64,000 nucleotides of DNA. Source: a virus. Below the pieces are notes generated by a model that saw only the letters and a program-made list of their open reading frames with translations, was not told the DNA's origin and made no database searches. Made by a program: the position numbers and the translations under genes. The stretch is taken from IMG/VR virus record IMGVR_UViG_3300032213_001531, positions 40,994 to 104,993 of that record; one strand, given 5' to 3'. Shown here piece after piece: positions 1 through 10,784 of this stretch. The stretch's first letter is position 1. Each line of letters begins with the position of its first letter.

Positions 1-202
1 TGTGACATGAAAAACAAAAGAAGGTTCCGTTATTTTTATCTACTTCTCCTGCAGGAGTCCGATTGTTATTATGAAATGGACAGAAAAGAATATAGTCTGA
101 GTCAACCTCTGACTCAATGTCTAGACCTGAGCCTGTGATGACTCTTTTGATTTGTTCTTTTGTATATGTATTGCCTTGGTTCCGTCTATTCCTGATATCC
201 AT
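1..202 (-). CDS. dnaG: DNA primase, N-terminal CHC2 zinc finger (partial, runs off window)
   Basis: Not in ORF track; manual translation MDIRNRRNQGNTYTKEQIKRV...ILFCPFHNNNRTPAGEVDKNNGTFFCFSCH has the CPFH...CFSC motif; lies downstream of helicase. Confidence 0.85.
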   Translation of the reverse strand, partial: MDIRNRRNQGNTYTKEQIKRVITGSGLDIESEVDSDYILFCPFHNNNRTPAGEVDKNNGTFFCFSCH

Positions 203-447
203 TCGCTTTGTCTCTTCCCTACGTATATTCCGTGTACTGTTAGTGCAAAATAAAAACTGTTCTTCTTCTCATTATAGTCTATCGTAAAATCTGGCTCAAT
301 GTCAAACCTTGGGACATATCCACTCATTCTCATTTCTGAGACAACAAGTCTAATATATTCAATCTTAAGTCTGCCAATAGACGATTCATCGTGGATTAAT
401 CCATCCAGATAAAACTTCTTAATAGGTTTATGGTGATAGTTTGCCAT
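121..447 (-). CDS. hypothetical protein
   Basis: 108-aa ORF; TATAAT 5 nt upstream of ATG. Confidence 0.75.
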   Translation of the reverse strand: MANYHHKPIKKFYLDGLIHDESSIGRLKIEYIRLVVSEMRMSGYVPRFDIEPDFTIDYNEKKNSFYFALTVHGIYVGKRQSEWISGIDGTKAIHIQKNKSKESSQAQV

Positions 448-468
448 ATCCTATTATAACTGCCAATC

Positions 469-1692
469 TTAGTTTTTATCTTCAAAATCCTTATATCTGT
501 AGTATCCCTTGTCAAAATCAACTTGAACAAGGAAGTCTCCCATAAAACCATTACGGTTTTTTCTAAAAGCACACTCGATGATATCGCTGTTAGTTGCACG
601 ACCTAAAGCAATAACCCAGTCAGCATCGTAGGCAATCTGTCTTGACCAAGCAGTCTGTCCCAATGTAGGAACTCCACTAAGATCATTAACATCATCTGGT
701 GTTGCAGATGAGATAGCAATAATAGGAACCTCTTCGCCAATAGCCATTAGCTTTAGTTCTCGTGATAGGTTTTTCATTCGTACCGTTTCATTATCTGACT
801 TCTGATTAGGAGCCATTAGTTGAAGGTAGTCAACAATAACAAAGTCTGGTTTGTATTGATCAATCTTTCCACGAAGAACTGAAGGATTTATTTCTCCACC
901 TTGATCATTAGAAATAATATGGAACTCTGGCTTGCCTTGTAAATGTTTGGCATGCCACATCTTTAACATGTCCATTTCAACTTCACCGTTGCTAAGTTTT
1001 CTATGAGACCAAAGACCCTCACCCATAATTGTAAATACACGGTTACGGACTTCTGTTTCAGACATCTCAAGTGATATTACAAGGGGTGTCTTACCCTGTT
1101 TCCAAGCCTGTACAGCAAAGTATAGAGCCATCCATGACTTTCCTATACCTGGGTATGCTAAGAAGACTCCTAGCTGCCCTGGCATAATTCCAGAAGGAAG
1201 GTAGTTATCAAATCCTGGCAAGTTAGTCTTAATCCCAACGTGGCCTGCTGCTTGTTGAGCTTTCAAGTTTTCAAAGTATGCAACTGCTGACTCAAGATCA
1301 GTTACATCAATATCACGAATTGCTGATGTGTTTTTCTTTAACTCAGATGTTTTAGTAATTAGTTGGTCAAGTGCTTCACCACCATTACCTGTTTGAATTT
1401 CTGAGGCTGCTGTGCGAATGATATCTTTTAGGCTATCAGTTAGATACTCTGACTGCAATTCTTCAAGGTGATGCTTAGTAGCACCAATGCCAGAGATAGG
1501 TTGAAAATCTCTAAACTTTTCTACAACTAACTCTACTGGTGGAACAGAACTGTTATGCTCAAAATAATTTCTAATGAAATTCCAAACATCATTATGGGTT
1601 CTAAGCAGGTTATCAACATTTGCCTGTAAGAGAACGTGCACCTGCTTATCGCTTAAAACTGCAGAGATTAGTTTTGCTTCTGTATTATTCAC
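469..1692 (-). CDS. dnaB: replicative DNA helicase (DnaB family)
   Basis: Walker A AYPGIGKS, SLEM, VIVDYLQLM, KNRNG motifs. Confidence 0.95.
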   Translation of the reverse strand: MNNTEAKLISAVLSDKQVHVLLQANVDNLLRTHNDVWNFIRNYFEHNSSVPPVELVVEKFRDFQPISGIGATKHHLEELQSEYLTDSLKDIIRTAASEIQTGNGGEALDQLITKTSELKKNTSAIRDIDVTDLESAVAYFENLKAQQAAGHVGIKTNLPGFDNYLPSGIMPGQLGVFLAYPGIGKSWMALYFAVQAWKQGKTPLVISLEMSETEVRNRVFTIMGEGLWSHRKLSNGEVEMDMLKMWHAKHLQGKPEFHIISNDQGGEINPSVLRGKIDQYKPDFVIVDYLQLMAPNQKSDNETVRMKNLSRELKLMAIGEEVPIIAISSATPDDVNDLSGVPTLGQTAWSRQIAYDADWVIALGRATNSDIIECAFRKNRNGFMGDFLVQVDFDKGYYRYKDFEDKN

Positions 1693-1993
1693 TTAGCCAC
1701 TCCCTTGCCATTCGTCTGCGCTCTGCTCTCTCTTTGTCATCTCGACCTTTATCTTTTTGTGCCTGTAAAATTTTTTCTGCGTTGTACGCAAAATAATTCC
1801 ATGAAGGATTTTCTGCAACCTTAAAATAGTACTCAAGTATATCGTAGCACCCAGAAACTCCGTATGACTCTACAAGAGCATCTGCTGCCCATTGCTCTAC
1901 GTTTAAGTTTAGTGATGGCTTTTGCTCATACCTTGCAGTATGGTATTTACTGTAGCGTGAAAGCAAAGCCATTCGGTCTTTGCGCTCTGCCAC
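1685..1993 (-). CDS. hypothetical protein (possible helicase loader)
   Basis: Overlaps helicase start; function inferred from position only. Confidence 0.65.
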   Translation of the reverse strand: MAERKDRMALLSRYSKYHTARYEQKPSLNLNVEQWAADALVESYGVSGCYDILEYYFKVAENPSWNYFAYNAEKILQAQKDKGRDDKERAERRRMAREWLSE

Positions 1994-2199
1994 TATTCGT
2001 TAATTTCAGCTTTTGCTTCGTTAATTTTTTCAGCAAGCTTGTCTTCAACAAATTTATAGACACGCTCAAAAGCTTGATCTGGCGTTTCTCCGTTACGTCT
2101 TGAATCAATAATGCCAAGATCAAGTCTTAGTGATTGAAAATTTCCAAGGTTAAGCGTATATCCTAATGTAACAGATACTTTTGTGTCTTCGTTTTCCAT
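1993..2199 (-). CDS. hypothetical protein
   Basis: Start moved to MENEDTK (GAAGGG RBS); coupled to next gene. Confidence 0.7.
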   Translation of the reverse strand: MENEDTKVSVTLGYTLNLGNFQSLRLDLGIIDSRRNGETPDQAFERVYKFVEDKLAEKINEAKAEINE

Positions 2200-2212
2200 T
2201 TTATACCCTTCG

Positions 2213-2755
2213 TTAAATAGACTCATTCCAAATTGGAATAAACCTTCCATCATCAGTTCTCGTATATGTAAGTATACCTTCTCCCATACGCCTTGTCAAC
2301 TCTTGCTTGGTGGGAGTAATATCATTTGTTATTAAATTATCTTTTCTTGGTCTTCCAATATGGTTCATTGCAAGTATATCACGTATCTCTTTTACTTGCG
2401 ATTCTGAGTAATATGATCTGACTTGCCATCCTCTTGCCCCGCCTTTTTGTGAGCCAGTTGGAAAGGGAATCAATCCTTTTTTCATTAATCTTGGCATATA
2501 TTTTTTATGACGATTAACTAAATCAGCAGTCTCCCCAACGGTGTATGCCTTCTCTCTTTTCTTTTTAAACTCACTAATTAAACAACTTTCAATCTGATCT
2601 TTTGTAATATTATAAACAGACATAATACCATTAGACTTATTAAAGTGATGTACTCTTACTAAATCCCCATTTAAAAACCAAACTTTTTTATTGCCAGGGA
2701 TTATAGGGAGGAGATTGTAGCCTTCGCTCTCTGTTGTTCCTTTTTTAGTAGCCAT
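2213..2755 (-). CDS. MerR-like helix-turn-helix DNA-binding protein
   Basis: YTVGETADLVNRHKKYMPRLMKKGLIP...RSYYSESQV resembles MerR/excisionase wHTH. Confidence 0.7.
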   Translation of the reverse strand: MATKKGTTESEGYNLLPIIPGNKKVWFLNGDLVRVHHFNKSNGIMSVYNITKDQIESCLISEFKKKREKAYTVGETADLVNRHKKYMPRLMKKGLIPFPTGSQKGGARGWQVRSYYSESQVKEIRDILAMNHIGRPRKDNLITNDITPTKQELTRRMGEGILTYTRTDDGRFIPIWNESI

Positions 2756-2892
2756 AAACCCTCTGATGTTTTTTCTGGAGGCGTAAAGAATACTCTGTTA
2801 CCACAAAGCAGGCAATAGGTTTCAAGGTGTGTTGGAGTGCTGTAAATTCTATCAACTAGCATCCTGCCTTTGCATTTTTTGCATTTTAACAT
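2701..2892 (-). CDS. small zinc-ribbon protein
   Basis: CKKC...CLLCG; TAATG coupling with upstream gene. Confidence 0.7.
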   Translation of the reverse strand: MLKCKKCKGRMLVDRIYSTPTHLETYCLLCGNRVFFTPPEKTSEGLWLLKKEQQRAKATISSL

Positions 2893-3335
2893 TAATTAGT
2901 AATGCCAATGATAATAAGGTTTACTCCAACAATAACATTACCAGTAGAGTCAAATTTTACAATACCATCAACTTTTGAGGTAGAAGCTGGATAGAGAATA
3001 ACAGAAGTATCTTTTCCAGCTACTGTATTTCCTTTATTAACCACCGTAGCAGTTACAATTGGTGGATACTTAAATTCTGCTTGTGAAAATCCATAAGTAA
3101 ATGGAATACCTTCTCCGCCCGTTACTGTTCCAGGCTTAATCTCTACATACCCGCCAATAAAACGTGAATTTTTCCCCATTGCTGTTTGAGTGCCAGACTG
3201 AGAAGTATCTATTGTTACATACTTAGACTGATTTGGACTAACTAAACTTTGAAGATCATTTACAGCACTTGCCATTTCAGAAATATAGGAAACATCCAGA
3301 GGTTGGCCAGCTTGAGGGATTTGTATTTTTGCCAT
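2892..3335 (-). CDS. minor tail/baseplate protein
   Basis: End of tail operon; beta-rich C-terminus (FKYPPIVTAT). Confidence 0.55.
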   Translation of the reverse strand: MAKIQIPQAGQPLDVSYISEMASAVNDLQSLVSPNQSKYVTIDTSQSGTQTAMGKNSRFIGGYVEIKPGTVTGGEGIPFTYGFSQAEFKYPPIVTATVVNKGNTVAGKDTSVILYPASTSKVDGIVKFDSTGNVIVGVNLIIIGITN

Positions 3336-3345
3336 AGTAATTCTA

Positions 3346-3768
3346 TTATACCAGAGACTGGCTTCCTGAATTATAGATTTTTAGCGCATCGTTTACAGTT
3401 CGATTGATTCCCTCTACTTGAATTTGAACCTCAACTGAAACTGTTCCTGTTTTTAAAAATGAATAGGAGTTAACAGATGAAGTTGCTCTCCAGGTAAGTG
3501 GTTGCCCATCAAATCCAACAAAAATATCGTAAGCTGTTGTGTTGGTTGGTGTTGCCCAAACTACGGTTACAGCATTTTCAAGTACCTGCACAGCTCCTGC
3601 TATTTGTGTAATCTCAGTTGCAGGAATAGCATAAGTTGGTGACCAATGAGATGTTCGGTTTTTATCTTCTGAAATTATCCTATACCTTAGAATATACTCA
3701 TTAGAGTTTCCTACTTTTCCTAAATCTTTTTTATATATTGTTGTTTTTTTAATTCCTAAGTCAGCCAT
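3346..3768 (-). CDS. minor tail protein (FN3/Ig-like)
   Basis: YILRYRIISEDKNRTSHWS and VTVVW...YDIFV pattern; tail operon. Confidence 0.55.
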   Translation of the reverse strand: MADLGIKKTTIYKKDLGKVGNSNEYILRYRIISEDKNRTSHWSPTYAIPATEITQIAGAVQVLENAVTVVWATPTNTTAYDIFVGFDGQPLTWRATSSVNSYSFLKTGTVSVEVQIQVEGINRTVNDALKIYNSGSQSLV

Positions 3769-4979
3769 TATAAAACATCAACTCCAAACCTAAATTCAAT
3801 ATAATTTTTTGTATTTGATAGTTTTGTTATTGTTTCAGCGCTTTCTGTTTTAACAACTGTGTATCCAGTTAATCCATAAACAGAATTTGACGAACTTACA
3901 TTTTCTAGGCGTAGTGCATCAAGTGCTACATAGTAATCTGAAGAGCCAACAAGAACTGGCGCTGAAATATTTTCAACTACTGTAACATAAACTTTTACAA
4001 CGTTTACAGAAGTCCAAGTAAAAGAAGTACTTTTTTCTAATTGTTGTAATTGTTTACTTGAAACAAAATATCTGTTTGTTGAAAAATCATAATCTGCATC
4101 AGATAAAACTGTTGAGAATTTAGCCCAAACACCAGTATCGGAAATATCTGTTGAAGCAAATTCAAATAAAACTCTAACCTGATCTGGAGTTCCATTTCCG
4201 CTAACGTTAATTAAAGAAAATGCAAGGCGTAATTCATCTAGTGCTGAGTTTTGATCAAAATTTAAACTAACTCCAGTTAAGTGAATATGATTAGAGTCTA
4301 CTGATGGATTTAAATTTCCATCAACATCTAGCTCAAGCTTTGCAGTATCACCACGCATCATAATCATATTATTTAAAAATCTAGAATTCTCATATCTTTC
4401 AGATCTGTTTGCAGTACTAAAAATTCTGTTATCGGAATTAGTTTGAAAAACTGGGGTTTCAGTTAACACACCATCAATAGAATATTCTCCAGTAATAATG
4501 TTGTCATTATTTGAATCTAATGGTTGTGGAATAAAAGGAATTTCTATTGCAAGTGCTGGACTTACAGTATGATATTCCCATAGCTCTGTATCTCTAAATG
4601 AATTAATAACTTTACTATCTCTTGCTCCAGCTGCTGGATTTGATCCTGCAGAATAAATCCCAATTTCTGAAATATCATATCTTTCTTCTGTTGGAAGCTC
4701 TGCTGTTAATACAATCTTAGAAACTTGTACAATTTGACCTTCTACCAAAACATCTTCTACGGCATAGCCACGAGAAGAAATTGGAACACGAAACATTTCA
4801 AAATCTAAAGATTCTTTATTTTGCATAGCTGCTACTTCTTCAGCATTGGCTGGATCGTTAAAATCGTAGGTGCTATCTAATGGTTTTGGGCCACAGCCAA
4901 CAGCAATATAAGAAGCATAGGCGGGAGCCTGCCCAACCAAATACTTTGCTAAAATGCCTTTGCCTTTATTAGTTATCAT
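3768..4979 (-). CDS. minor tail/baseplate protein
   Basis: MITNKGK...YIAVGCG...ISEIGIYS N-terminus typical of fibre-attachment/baseplate proteins. Confidence 0.6.
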   Translation of the reverse strand: MITNKGKGILAKYLVGQAPAYASYIAVGCGPKPLDSTYDFNDPANAEEVAAMQNKESLDFEMFRVPISSRGYAVEDVLVEGQIVQVSKIVLTAELPTEERYDISEIGIYSAGSNPAAGARDSKVINSFRDTELWEYHTVSPALAIEIPFIPQPLDSNNDNIITGEYSIDGVLTETPVFQTNSDNRIFSTANRSERYENSRFLNNMIMMRGDTAKLELDVDGNLNPSVDSNHIHLTGVSLNFDQNSALDELRLAFSLINVSGNGTPDQVRVLFEFASTDISDTGVWAKFSTVLSDADYDFSTNRYFVSSKQLQQLEKSTSFTWTSVNVVKVYVTVVENISAPVLVGSSDYYVALDALRLENVSSSNSVYGLTGYTVVKTESAETITKLSNTKNYIEFRFGVDVL

Positions 4980-4981
4980 AA

Positions 4982-5509
4982 TTACACCGCCTCATATATT
5001 GTATCACTTAATACTATTCCAGAACTTAAAATTTGAACTTCAACCTGCTCATCTTGTTGCAAGTTTATGACATTAATAATTATATTGCCAGTTTCAGGTT
5101 CAAGATAAACAATTTTGCAGTTAGGAACCTGCTCTATGTTTGGGGCTGTTCCAATTAGTGTATAGCCAGTTCCACAATCTGGAACCTTGTTCTCAAAAGA
5201 TATTGGAAAGTTTTTAAAATAGGCTAAATCCGCATCCTGCAACGCAAGGATGTTTTGAGGATTATACTGAAAGTTAATAGCAGCTAAATTTTTAATTGCT
5301 TGATATACAACATCTTGCCCATTGACTAAGTCGTGTCTGGCAATATTAATCATCTCTTGCCCACCTATGTCTTCAAAGGTAAGGTAGAATTGTATTTCTT
5401 GTGGTGGTAGAGAATCTTCTAGAATAATTAACTCTGGGATTGCCACCTTTACCGCCACAGAAGGCTTAGAAGGGGTATTAGACGCTAGATTAGCCGTTGC
5501 TTCAGTCAT
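4982..5509 (-). CDS. minor tail protein
   Basis: Coupled ORF in tail operon. Confidence 0.55.
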   Translation of the reverse strand: MTEATANLASNTPSKPSVAVKVAIPELIILEDSLPPQEIQFYLTFEDIGGQEMINIARHDLVNGQDVVYQAIKNLAAINFQYNPQNILALQDADLAYFKNFPISFENKVPDCGTGYTLIGTAPNIEQVPNCKIVYLEPETGNIIINVINLQQDEQVEVQILSSGIVLSDTIYEAV

Positions 5510-8500
5510 TATGCCACCTCACTTAAAAACACTGTCATATCAGGACCATCTGGGCTTTTGCTGTATTGAATATTGTATACTACGTATCGCTTAGATATGT
5601 CTCCTAGTTTATTTATAGATTTTTCATTATAGTCTATATTAACAATATCTCCTAATTGTAATGTTGGGTTAGCAAAAAGCTTTATACCTACAGACTTTCT
5701 AGGCTTCATAATTTTTGAAATAATCCACTTCATTAATGAATTTGCAGAATCTTGTGTTTGAATGTATTCTGCCTCAAGAGAAAAATCTTTTTTCCCATAT
5801 GTCATCCTACTCATTTTGATATCTTCATAGTCTTTTGTTAGCTTTAAGGGTGATGAGACAACACTGTCTCCATTAAACTCAAGGCCAGAAAAGCTACTAT
5901 TCTTAGAAAAATACTGATCAACAGTCAAGGTATTTTTTGTTTCTTGTGTGAATGTAACTCCCTGAATCTTTAGATAGTTTCCAGAAGTTTCATCTAAAAA
6001 TAATATAGAGTCCGTTGTATTAAAGATTAAAAACTCTGCACCGTATGCCCCTGCTCTAAAACCAGAAACAGTATATCCCCTAAGTCTATTAAAGGTTGGA
6101 GATAATTTAGCAAAAAGTGCTGGGAACGCTTTATCATATTTAATATTAAAAGATGCAACCTCTCTCATAATTGTTCCAAACTCATCAAAGAATATATTAT
6201 AGCGTAAAGGGTCTGAAGAACTGATGCCAGACAAATAGCTATTTTGAACTATTCCACTAATCGCATATTTTCTAAATGATTCACTTGCATTAATCTCTTT
6301 ATTTGCAAATGCAGAGCTTACTGGGGTGTCTAAAGCAAAGCCAGAATTTTGGCTATAGTTTTGTGTTAGCGCATAAACATGCTCAAACATGACTCTTGAA
6401 GATCCACGAACAAACATTGCCATATTATTATACTCTGGCAAAGGGTCATTATCAACTATTCTGGCTACAATATTTTCATTAATAAACAGATAGAAAACTT
6501 TCTTAGATCCTAAATTTTCATACTCAACAGATAGATCATAGACAGTTGTTGGGGAGTCCCCAATAAGTCTACCTTGACCAGTAAACAAGCCGTCATCTAC
6601 GGTAACACCAAGGAGTCCTTGCCATAGTGTTTCTGGAATAGCTTCGCCAGTTACTGAATCCTTTTTAATTTTATAAAAGATAACATCATTAAGATTTGCA
6701 TCTAAGTTTTTACTACGACTGTTTGTACCAAGTGCAATCAACTCAAAGTAGTATCCATTGTTTGTTGTTGGATTTAGCAATACTCCAAGCCCACCAGATC
6801 CACCAGAAATGTTGATTGGTTCATTAGGCGTTGTTCCATCAACAGTATAATTGATTGTACTTCCAACGGCAGTCTGAACAACATTAGTATCATTTTCAAT
6901 TCTTCCAACAATTCTCATTCTTGTTCCAAAGTGTTTAAATTTATTGTCTAATGGCCTATGAACATATGAAATAAAATCTAAAGGTTTTTCTGTTGTATTA
7001 AAAGATGGGCCATTCATCACTAATGCAGAAGACTGAACTGTTCCTCTTATCGGAGTAGTCTTCTTATTATTTTCTGATTCTGCAGTTTTAAATGAAGAAG
7101 CATAATTTTTTATTATTCCATTTCTTGTTGTTTTAACTGCTAAAGCATTGTTAACTCCTGCTGCGCCTATTCCTGTAGTTGGTAATTTTTGTAACTCTAA
7201 GTCTGCATTAACCAAAGCCGTTTGTGGAGGTAGAGTTATTTTAAATTTAGTTTCGTCAACAATTTCTGTAACTTTATTAACTACAGATAAGTCTAAAAGC
7301 CCAGTAGACAAAGCTGAAGTAAGGTTTACCCTTTGCCCCACCTTAACTAATGTTGTGCTACTTGCAGTAATAACATTTCCAACTGAGGTAACTCCAGTAA
7401 GGGTAACAACATCCTGATTTCCAAATAAATATTCAGAACGCATTGTGCAGCCCTTAACATTTTTATTATCTGACCAGTATGGATTTAATCCTGCAGTATG
7501 TGCTGTTGCAAAAGTTCCAAACTGTCTTCTTCCATGTTTAGCCACTGGACCATTTTTTAGTTTTGTTACACCATTTACTTCTTCATAATTTGGTTCAGAA
7601 TAGATTCTCAACCTGCCAGTTTTATACATTTTTCCATTAAATGGTAGTTGTGAAAAATATCTTTGATACTCTTCAGTGTTTTGAACCCAAACATTTCCAA
7701 GACTGTTTAGTGATACGCTAATGGTATAAAGGTCTTGTCCATTTGCTGTCACTGTTTCAAGTAGTCGTTCTGCTCCAGGTATGTTATATTCAACAGCATC
7801 GTACTTAATGATTTCTCCGTTAGCGTATAGGTATCCATTATTTCTTGACAATAAGCTAATGCCCTCGCCTAAATCAATTATATTATTTACAACCTGATTG
7901 TTTACAACATAGGGGATAGAGTTAGCAAGATCAGAGTTTAGTGGAATTGCCGATAACGCATAAGATGATTGAGTTCCTGCTGTCTCATTTTGAGCCTGAG
8001 TATTTTCGCTTGCTCCAACCTCCCACAAAAGTGCTGGCTTGTATCTCCAAGTTTTTGCATTATCTTCACCCTGACTAGTTTGATCTATAGAAGACAAAGT
8101 TCTTTGAATATATCTAGAAGTATAATTAATTAAACCATCATTATAAACATTGCTGTCTTGTGAAGATATTTCAATAATGTTAGCAATCTTATCTTTATTA
8201 GTTTTATTTTTTATTGCACCATCCTTAACCTGATCTGAAGACCCATAAAGAGTCATACTTGTTTCTCTTTGTGTTGCGGTTGGCATCATGTACTCTTTAC
8301 TCATTAAAATAAAATTATTGTATTCATCAAAAAACATTGCGGTTTGTGTAGAGATAGCCAATTGCTGCAAGACTTCTGCAACACTGATGTCTGGTTGTAC
8401 AAAGAAATAAGGGATTATAGACTCTGATTCTCCAGAAATTCTTTTAAAGGTATAGTTTGAAACACCTATAGCATCCATTAAAATAGAAACTGCTGAAGAA

Positions 8501-10089
8501 AAAGATATATCTTTAAGTAAAAGTTCTGGGGCTTTAATTGATTCTAAATAAAAATATAAATCTCTAAGCTCTAGACTAACTGTTTTGCTGGAGTTGTTGC
8601 TAACTAAAAAGCCATCAGAGTATAAAGTTTTTAGTGGTACGAAGTAGTCCCACCCATTAACCTCTTCAATAACTTCATAGAATTTAACCTGAATATACCT
8701 TGAGTTATATTTACTAATAATGCTTGTAGAATTGTTTTCATTAAAAGCATCATCATAATCAAAGAATTCAACTGAGCCATTAGACGCCAAGAGTTGTCCA
8801 ACTGGCAAACCACTAGACCCTAAATCTGAAGCAATCTTGTTTACCGAGTAGTTCAAAGTTTTTTCTGTAAGGTCCACAGATAGTCTAGGAGATAACTCAA
8901 TTAGATCAAAGGTTGATTGATTTGTATTCATTGATTCAACTACAACTCTTAAACCTTTAACATACTCAAACTCTCTGTATCTTGTTAGGCTGTCTGTTGG
9001 ATTTAAAAATGATAGTGGGCTTGTTACGTCAGTTACAAAATTTGTTAGTCTTGTAACAGTCTCTTCGTGAATTTGCCAAGCATATTCTGGAGTAAACGTA
9101 TCATATCTTAAGTTAGGTTGATTCCAAATATAAAATGTTCCAATGTCTGTTTCATTTGCTGTAATTAAATAAGCATAACCATTAACAGACTTTGCAGGTA
9201 AAAGATTAGCAGAAGAATACTTTTCAGCAAATACAAAAATATCTTTATATTGATTTGGAACCTTAAGTCCATACTCAATTTCTAAATATCCATCTGATTT
9301 AATGATTGGAGATCCATCTGATCTTAAATCTTGTGGCTTAAAAGATATAGCATCTACCCAGCTATTGTTTTTTAAATACTGAATTTTCCATTTTTTTGGA
9401 GTGGTTTTATTTACATCTCCGTAGTATGGGTCAGCAAATGAGCTACCTCTGTTTGTAAATGGGCCAAGATTTATGTCTCCAACATTTGTTTGCATTTTTA
9501 CAACAATTCTGTTTGTCGGAACAGCATCCTTATAAACTATAAAAGGAACACTGTCTGAAATTTTATACTCGTTATTGTGTAAACTAGAAACGCCATAAGA
9601 GTAACCATTTTCAGTTCTATAAGAAGTCCAGTATTTAAATGCATCTGTTTTATCTGGCATGTAATATCTTGGGCGTTGAGCCATAAATATATTTGGATTA
9701 TGTATAAAAAATTTACCAGGGAAGAAAGATGATTTATTTATTCCAGATCTTGGTCTAAATGGTTTAAAGCAATCCTCTAATGAATATAAAAATTTATTTT
9801 TTTCTTTTGTTTGGACTAGGGTAAACGGAGTTTCTGTCTCGTCAACTCCTCCATCAATCAAGATATCTGCATCGGTTGCTCCAGTATAAAAATTTCCAGA
9901 ATCTCCTGCATCAAATGTGTTTGGCAACGTTGAATAAGTTGTTCCAGTTTCTGCAGGTCTATATCTGTAATTACCAATAAGGCTAATGTTACTAGCAATA
10001 TTCATATTCCACTCACCAATAATCGATGATCTGCTTTTAATAACAGATGATGTTTCTAGGTGGTTTTTTAATTCATCACTCTTAAACAT
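5509..10089 (-). CDS. large tail/baseplate hub protein
   Basis: About 1526 aa (start MFKSDEL, TAATG overlap); second gene after tape measure; C-terminal ANPTLQLGDIVNI hub-like motif. Confidence 0.7.
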   Translation of the reverse strand: MFKSDELKNHLETSSVIKSRSSIIGEWNMNIASNISLIGNYRYRPAETGTTYSTLPNTFDAGDSGNFYTGATDADILIDGGVDETETPFTLVQTKEKNKFLYSLEDCFKPFRPRSGINKSSFFPGKFFIHNPNIFMAQRPRYYMPDKTDAFKYWTSYRTENGYSYGVSSLHNNEYKISDSVPFIVYKDAVPTNRIVVKMQTNVGDINLGPFTNRGSSFADPYYGDVNKTTPKKWKIQYLKNNSWVDAISFKPQDLRSDGSPIIKSDGYLEIEYGLKVPNQYKDIFVFAEKYSSANLLPAKSVNGYAYLITANETDIGTFYIWNQPNLRYDTFTPEYAWQIHEETVTRLTNFVTDVTSPLSFLNPTDSLTRYREFEYVKGLRVVVESMNTNQSTFDLIELSPRLSVDLTEKTLNYSVNKIASDLGSSGLPVGQLLASNGSVEFFDYDDAFNENNSTSIISKYNSRYIQVKFYEVIEEVNGWDYFVPLKTLYSDGFLVSNNSSKTVSLELRDLYFYLESIKAPELLLKDISFSSAVSILMDAIGVSNYTFKRISGESESIIPYFFVQPDISVAEVLQQLAISTQTAMFFDEYNNFILMSKEYMMPTATQRETSMTLYGSSDQVKDGAIKNKTNKDKIANIIEISSQDSNVYNDGLINYTSRYIQRTLSSIDQTSQGEDNAKTWRYKPALLWEVGASENTQAQNETAGTQSSYALSAIPLNSDLANSIPYVVNNQVVNNIIDLGEGISLLSRNNGYLYANGEIIKYDAVEYNIPGAERLLETVTANGQDLYTISVSLNSLGNVWVQNTEEYQRYFSQLPFNGKMYKTGRLRIYSEPNYEEVNGVTKLKNGPVAKHGRRQFGTFATAHTAGLNPYWSDNKNVKGCTMRSEYLFGNQDVVTLTGVTSVGNVITASSTTLVKVGQRVNLTSALSTGLLDLSVVNKVTEIVDETKFKITLPPQTALVNADLELQKLPTTGIGAAGVNNALAVKTTRNGIIKNYASSFKTAESENNKKTTPIRGTVQSSALVMNGPSFNTTEKPLDFISYVHRPLDNKFKHFGTRMRIVGRIENDTNVVQTAVGSTINYTVDGTTPNEPINISGGSGGLGVLLNPTTNNGYYFELIALGTNSRSKNLDANLNDVIFYKIKKDSVTGEAIPETLWQGLLGVTVDDGLFTGQGRLIGDSPTTVYDLSVEYENLGSKKVFYLFINENIVARIVDNDPLPEYNNMAMFVRGSSRVMFEHVYALTQNYSQNSGFALDTPVSSAFANKEINASESFRKYAISGIVQNSYLSGISSSDPLRYNIFFDEFGTIMREVASFNIKYDKAFPALFAKLSPTFNRLRGYTVSGFRAGAYGAEFLIFNTTDSILFLDETSGNYLKIQGVTFTQETKNTLTVDQYFSKNSSFSGLEFNGDSVVSSPLKLTKDYEDIKMSRMTYGKKDFSLEAEYIQTQDSANSLMKWIISKIMKPRKSVGIKLFANPTLQLGDIVNIDYNEKSINKLGDISKRYVVYNIQYSKSPDGPDMTVFLSEVA

Positions 10090-10784
10090 TACACTTCTTC
10101 CAATGTACAAGAAACATTCCAGAAGTCATAGTTACTTCCACCACGCTTAACGACAGTATAACTAAAATCTGAAATAAACATTTCTATTAATTCATTATAT
10201 TGTCCAAGGTGTGCGTAAGCTAAATTGTCTTTACCAAAATTAGAATACTTATCATAAGCAAGGTATACCCAAAAAGAACCTTTATGGCTATCATACCAAT
10301 CTACAAGATCTACTCCCCCTGCTCCACCATCAGTGGTGTATTCTTGATTTTGTATTGTAACATTTGGAAGTTGTGAGAATGACGCATCTGTTCCTGGCTC
10401 TCTTAAACCTTCATCAATTAAAGATGTTTTTCCAGATGAGTTAAATGATGGATTTAAACCATGAGATCTAGATGGAAGCATGTTCCAAGATGTACCAATA
10501 GTTAGTTTGTCAGCAATATGATATGAGCGCATACGACCATTAATCATTCTTTCACGCTTTTCAATTCTGTTGTTATTAAAATTAATCTCTCCTCTATTAT
10601 CATCAGATAATATTAAGAATTGATCTAGCAAAGATTGATCTGATATACCAGTAGTATCAGCTTTTACTTCATAGCCGTTGGGAACATAAAGACCATTAGT
10701 AAGGGTTCCTGAGTTATTAGCCCAAAGCATTGCTTGTGGTCTAGCATACTTTCTTCTACCATTGATATATGTTTCTGTTGCCAT
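10089..10784 (-). CDS. distal tail (Dit-like) protein
   Basis: Immediately downstream of tape measure; ends WNVSCTLEEV. Confidence 0.6.
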   Translation of the reverse strand: MATETYINGRRKYARPQAMLWANNSGTLTNGLYVPNGYEVKADTTGISDQSLLDQFLILSDDNRGEINFNNNRIEKRERMINGRMRSYHIADKLTIGTSWNMLPSRSHGLNPSFNSSGKTSLIDEGLREPGTDASFSQLPNVTIQNQEYTTDGGAGGVDLVDWYDSHKGSFWVYLAYDKYSNFGKDNLAYAHLGQYNELIEMFISDFSYTVVKRGGSNYDFWNVSCTLEEV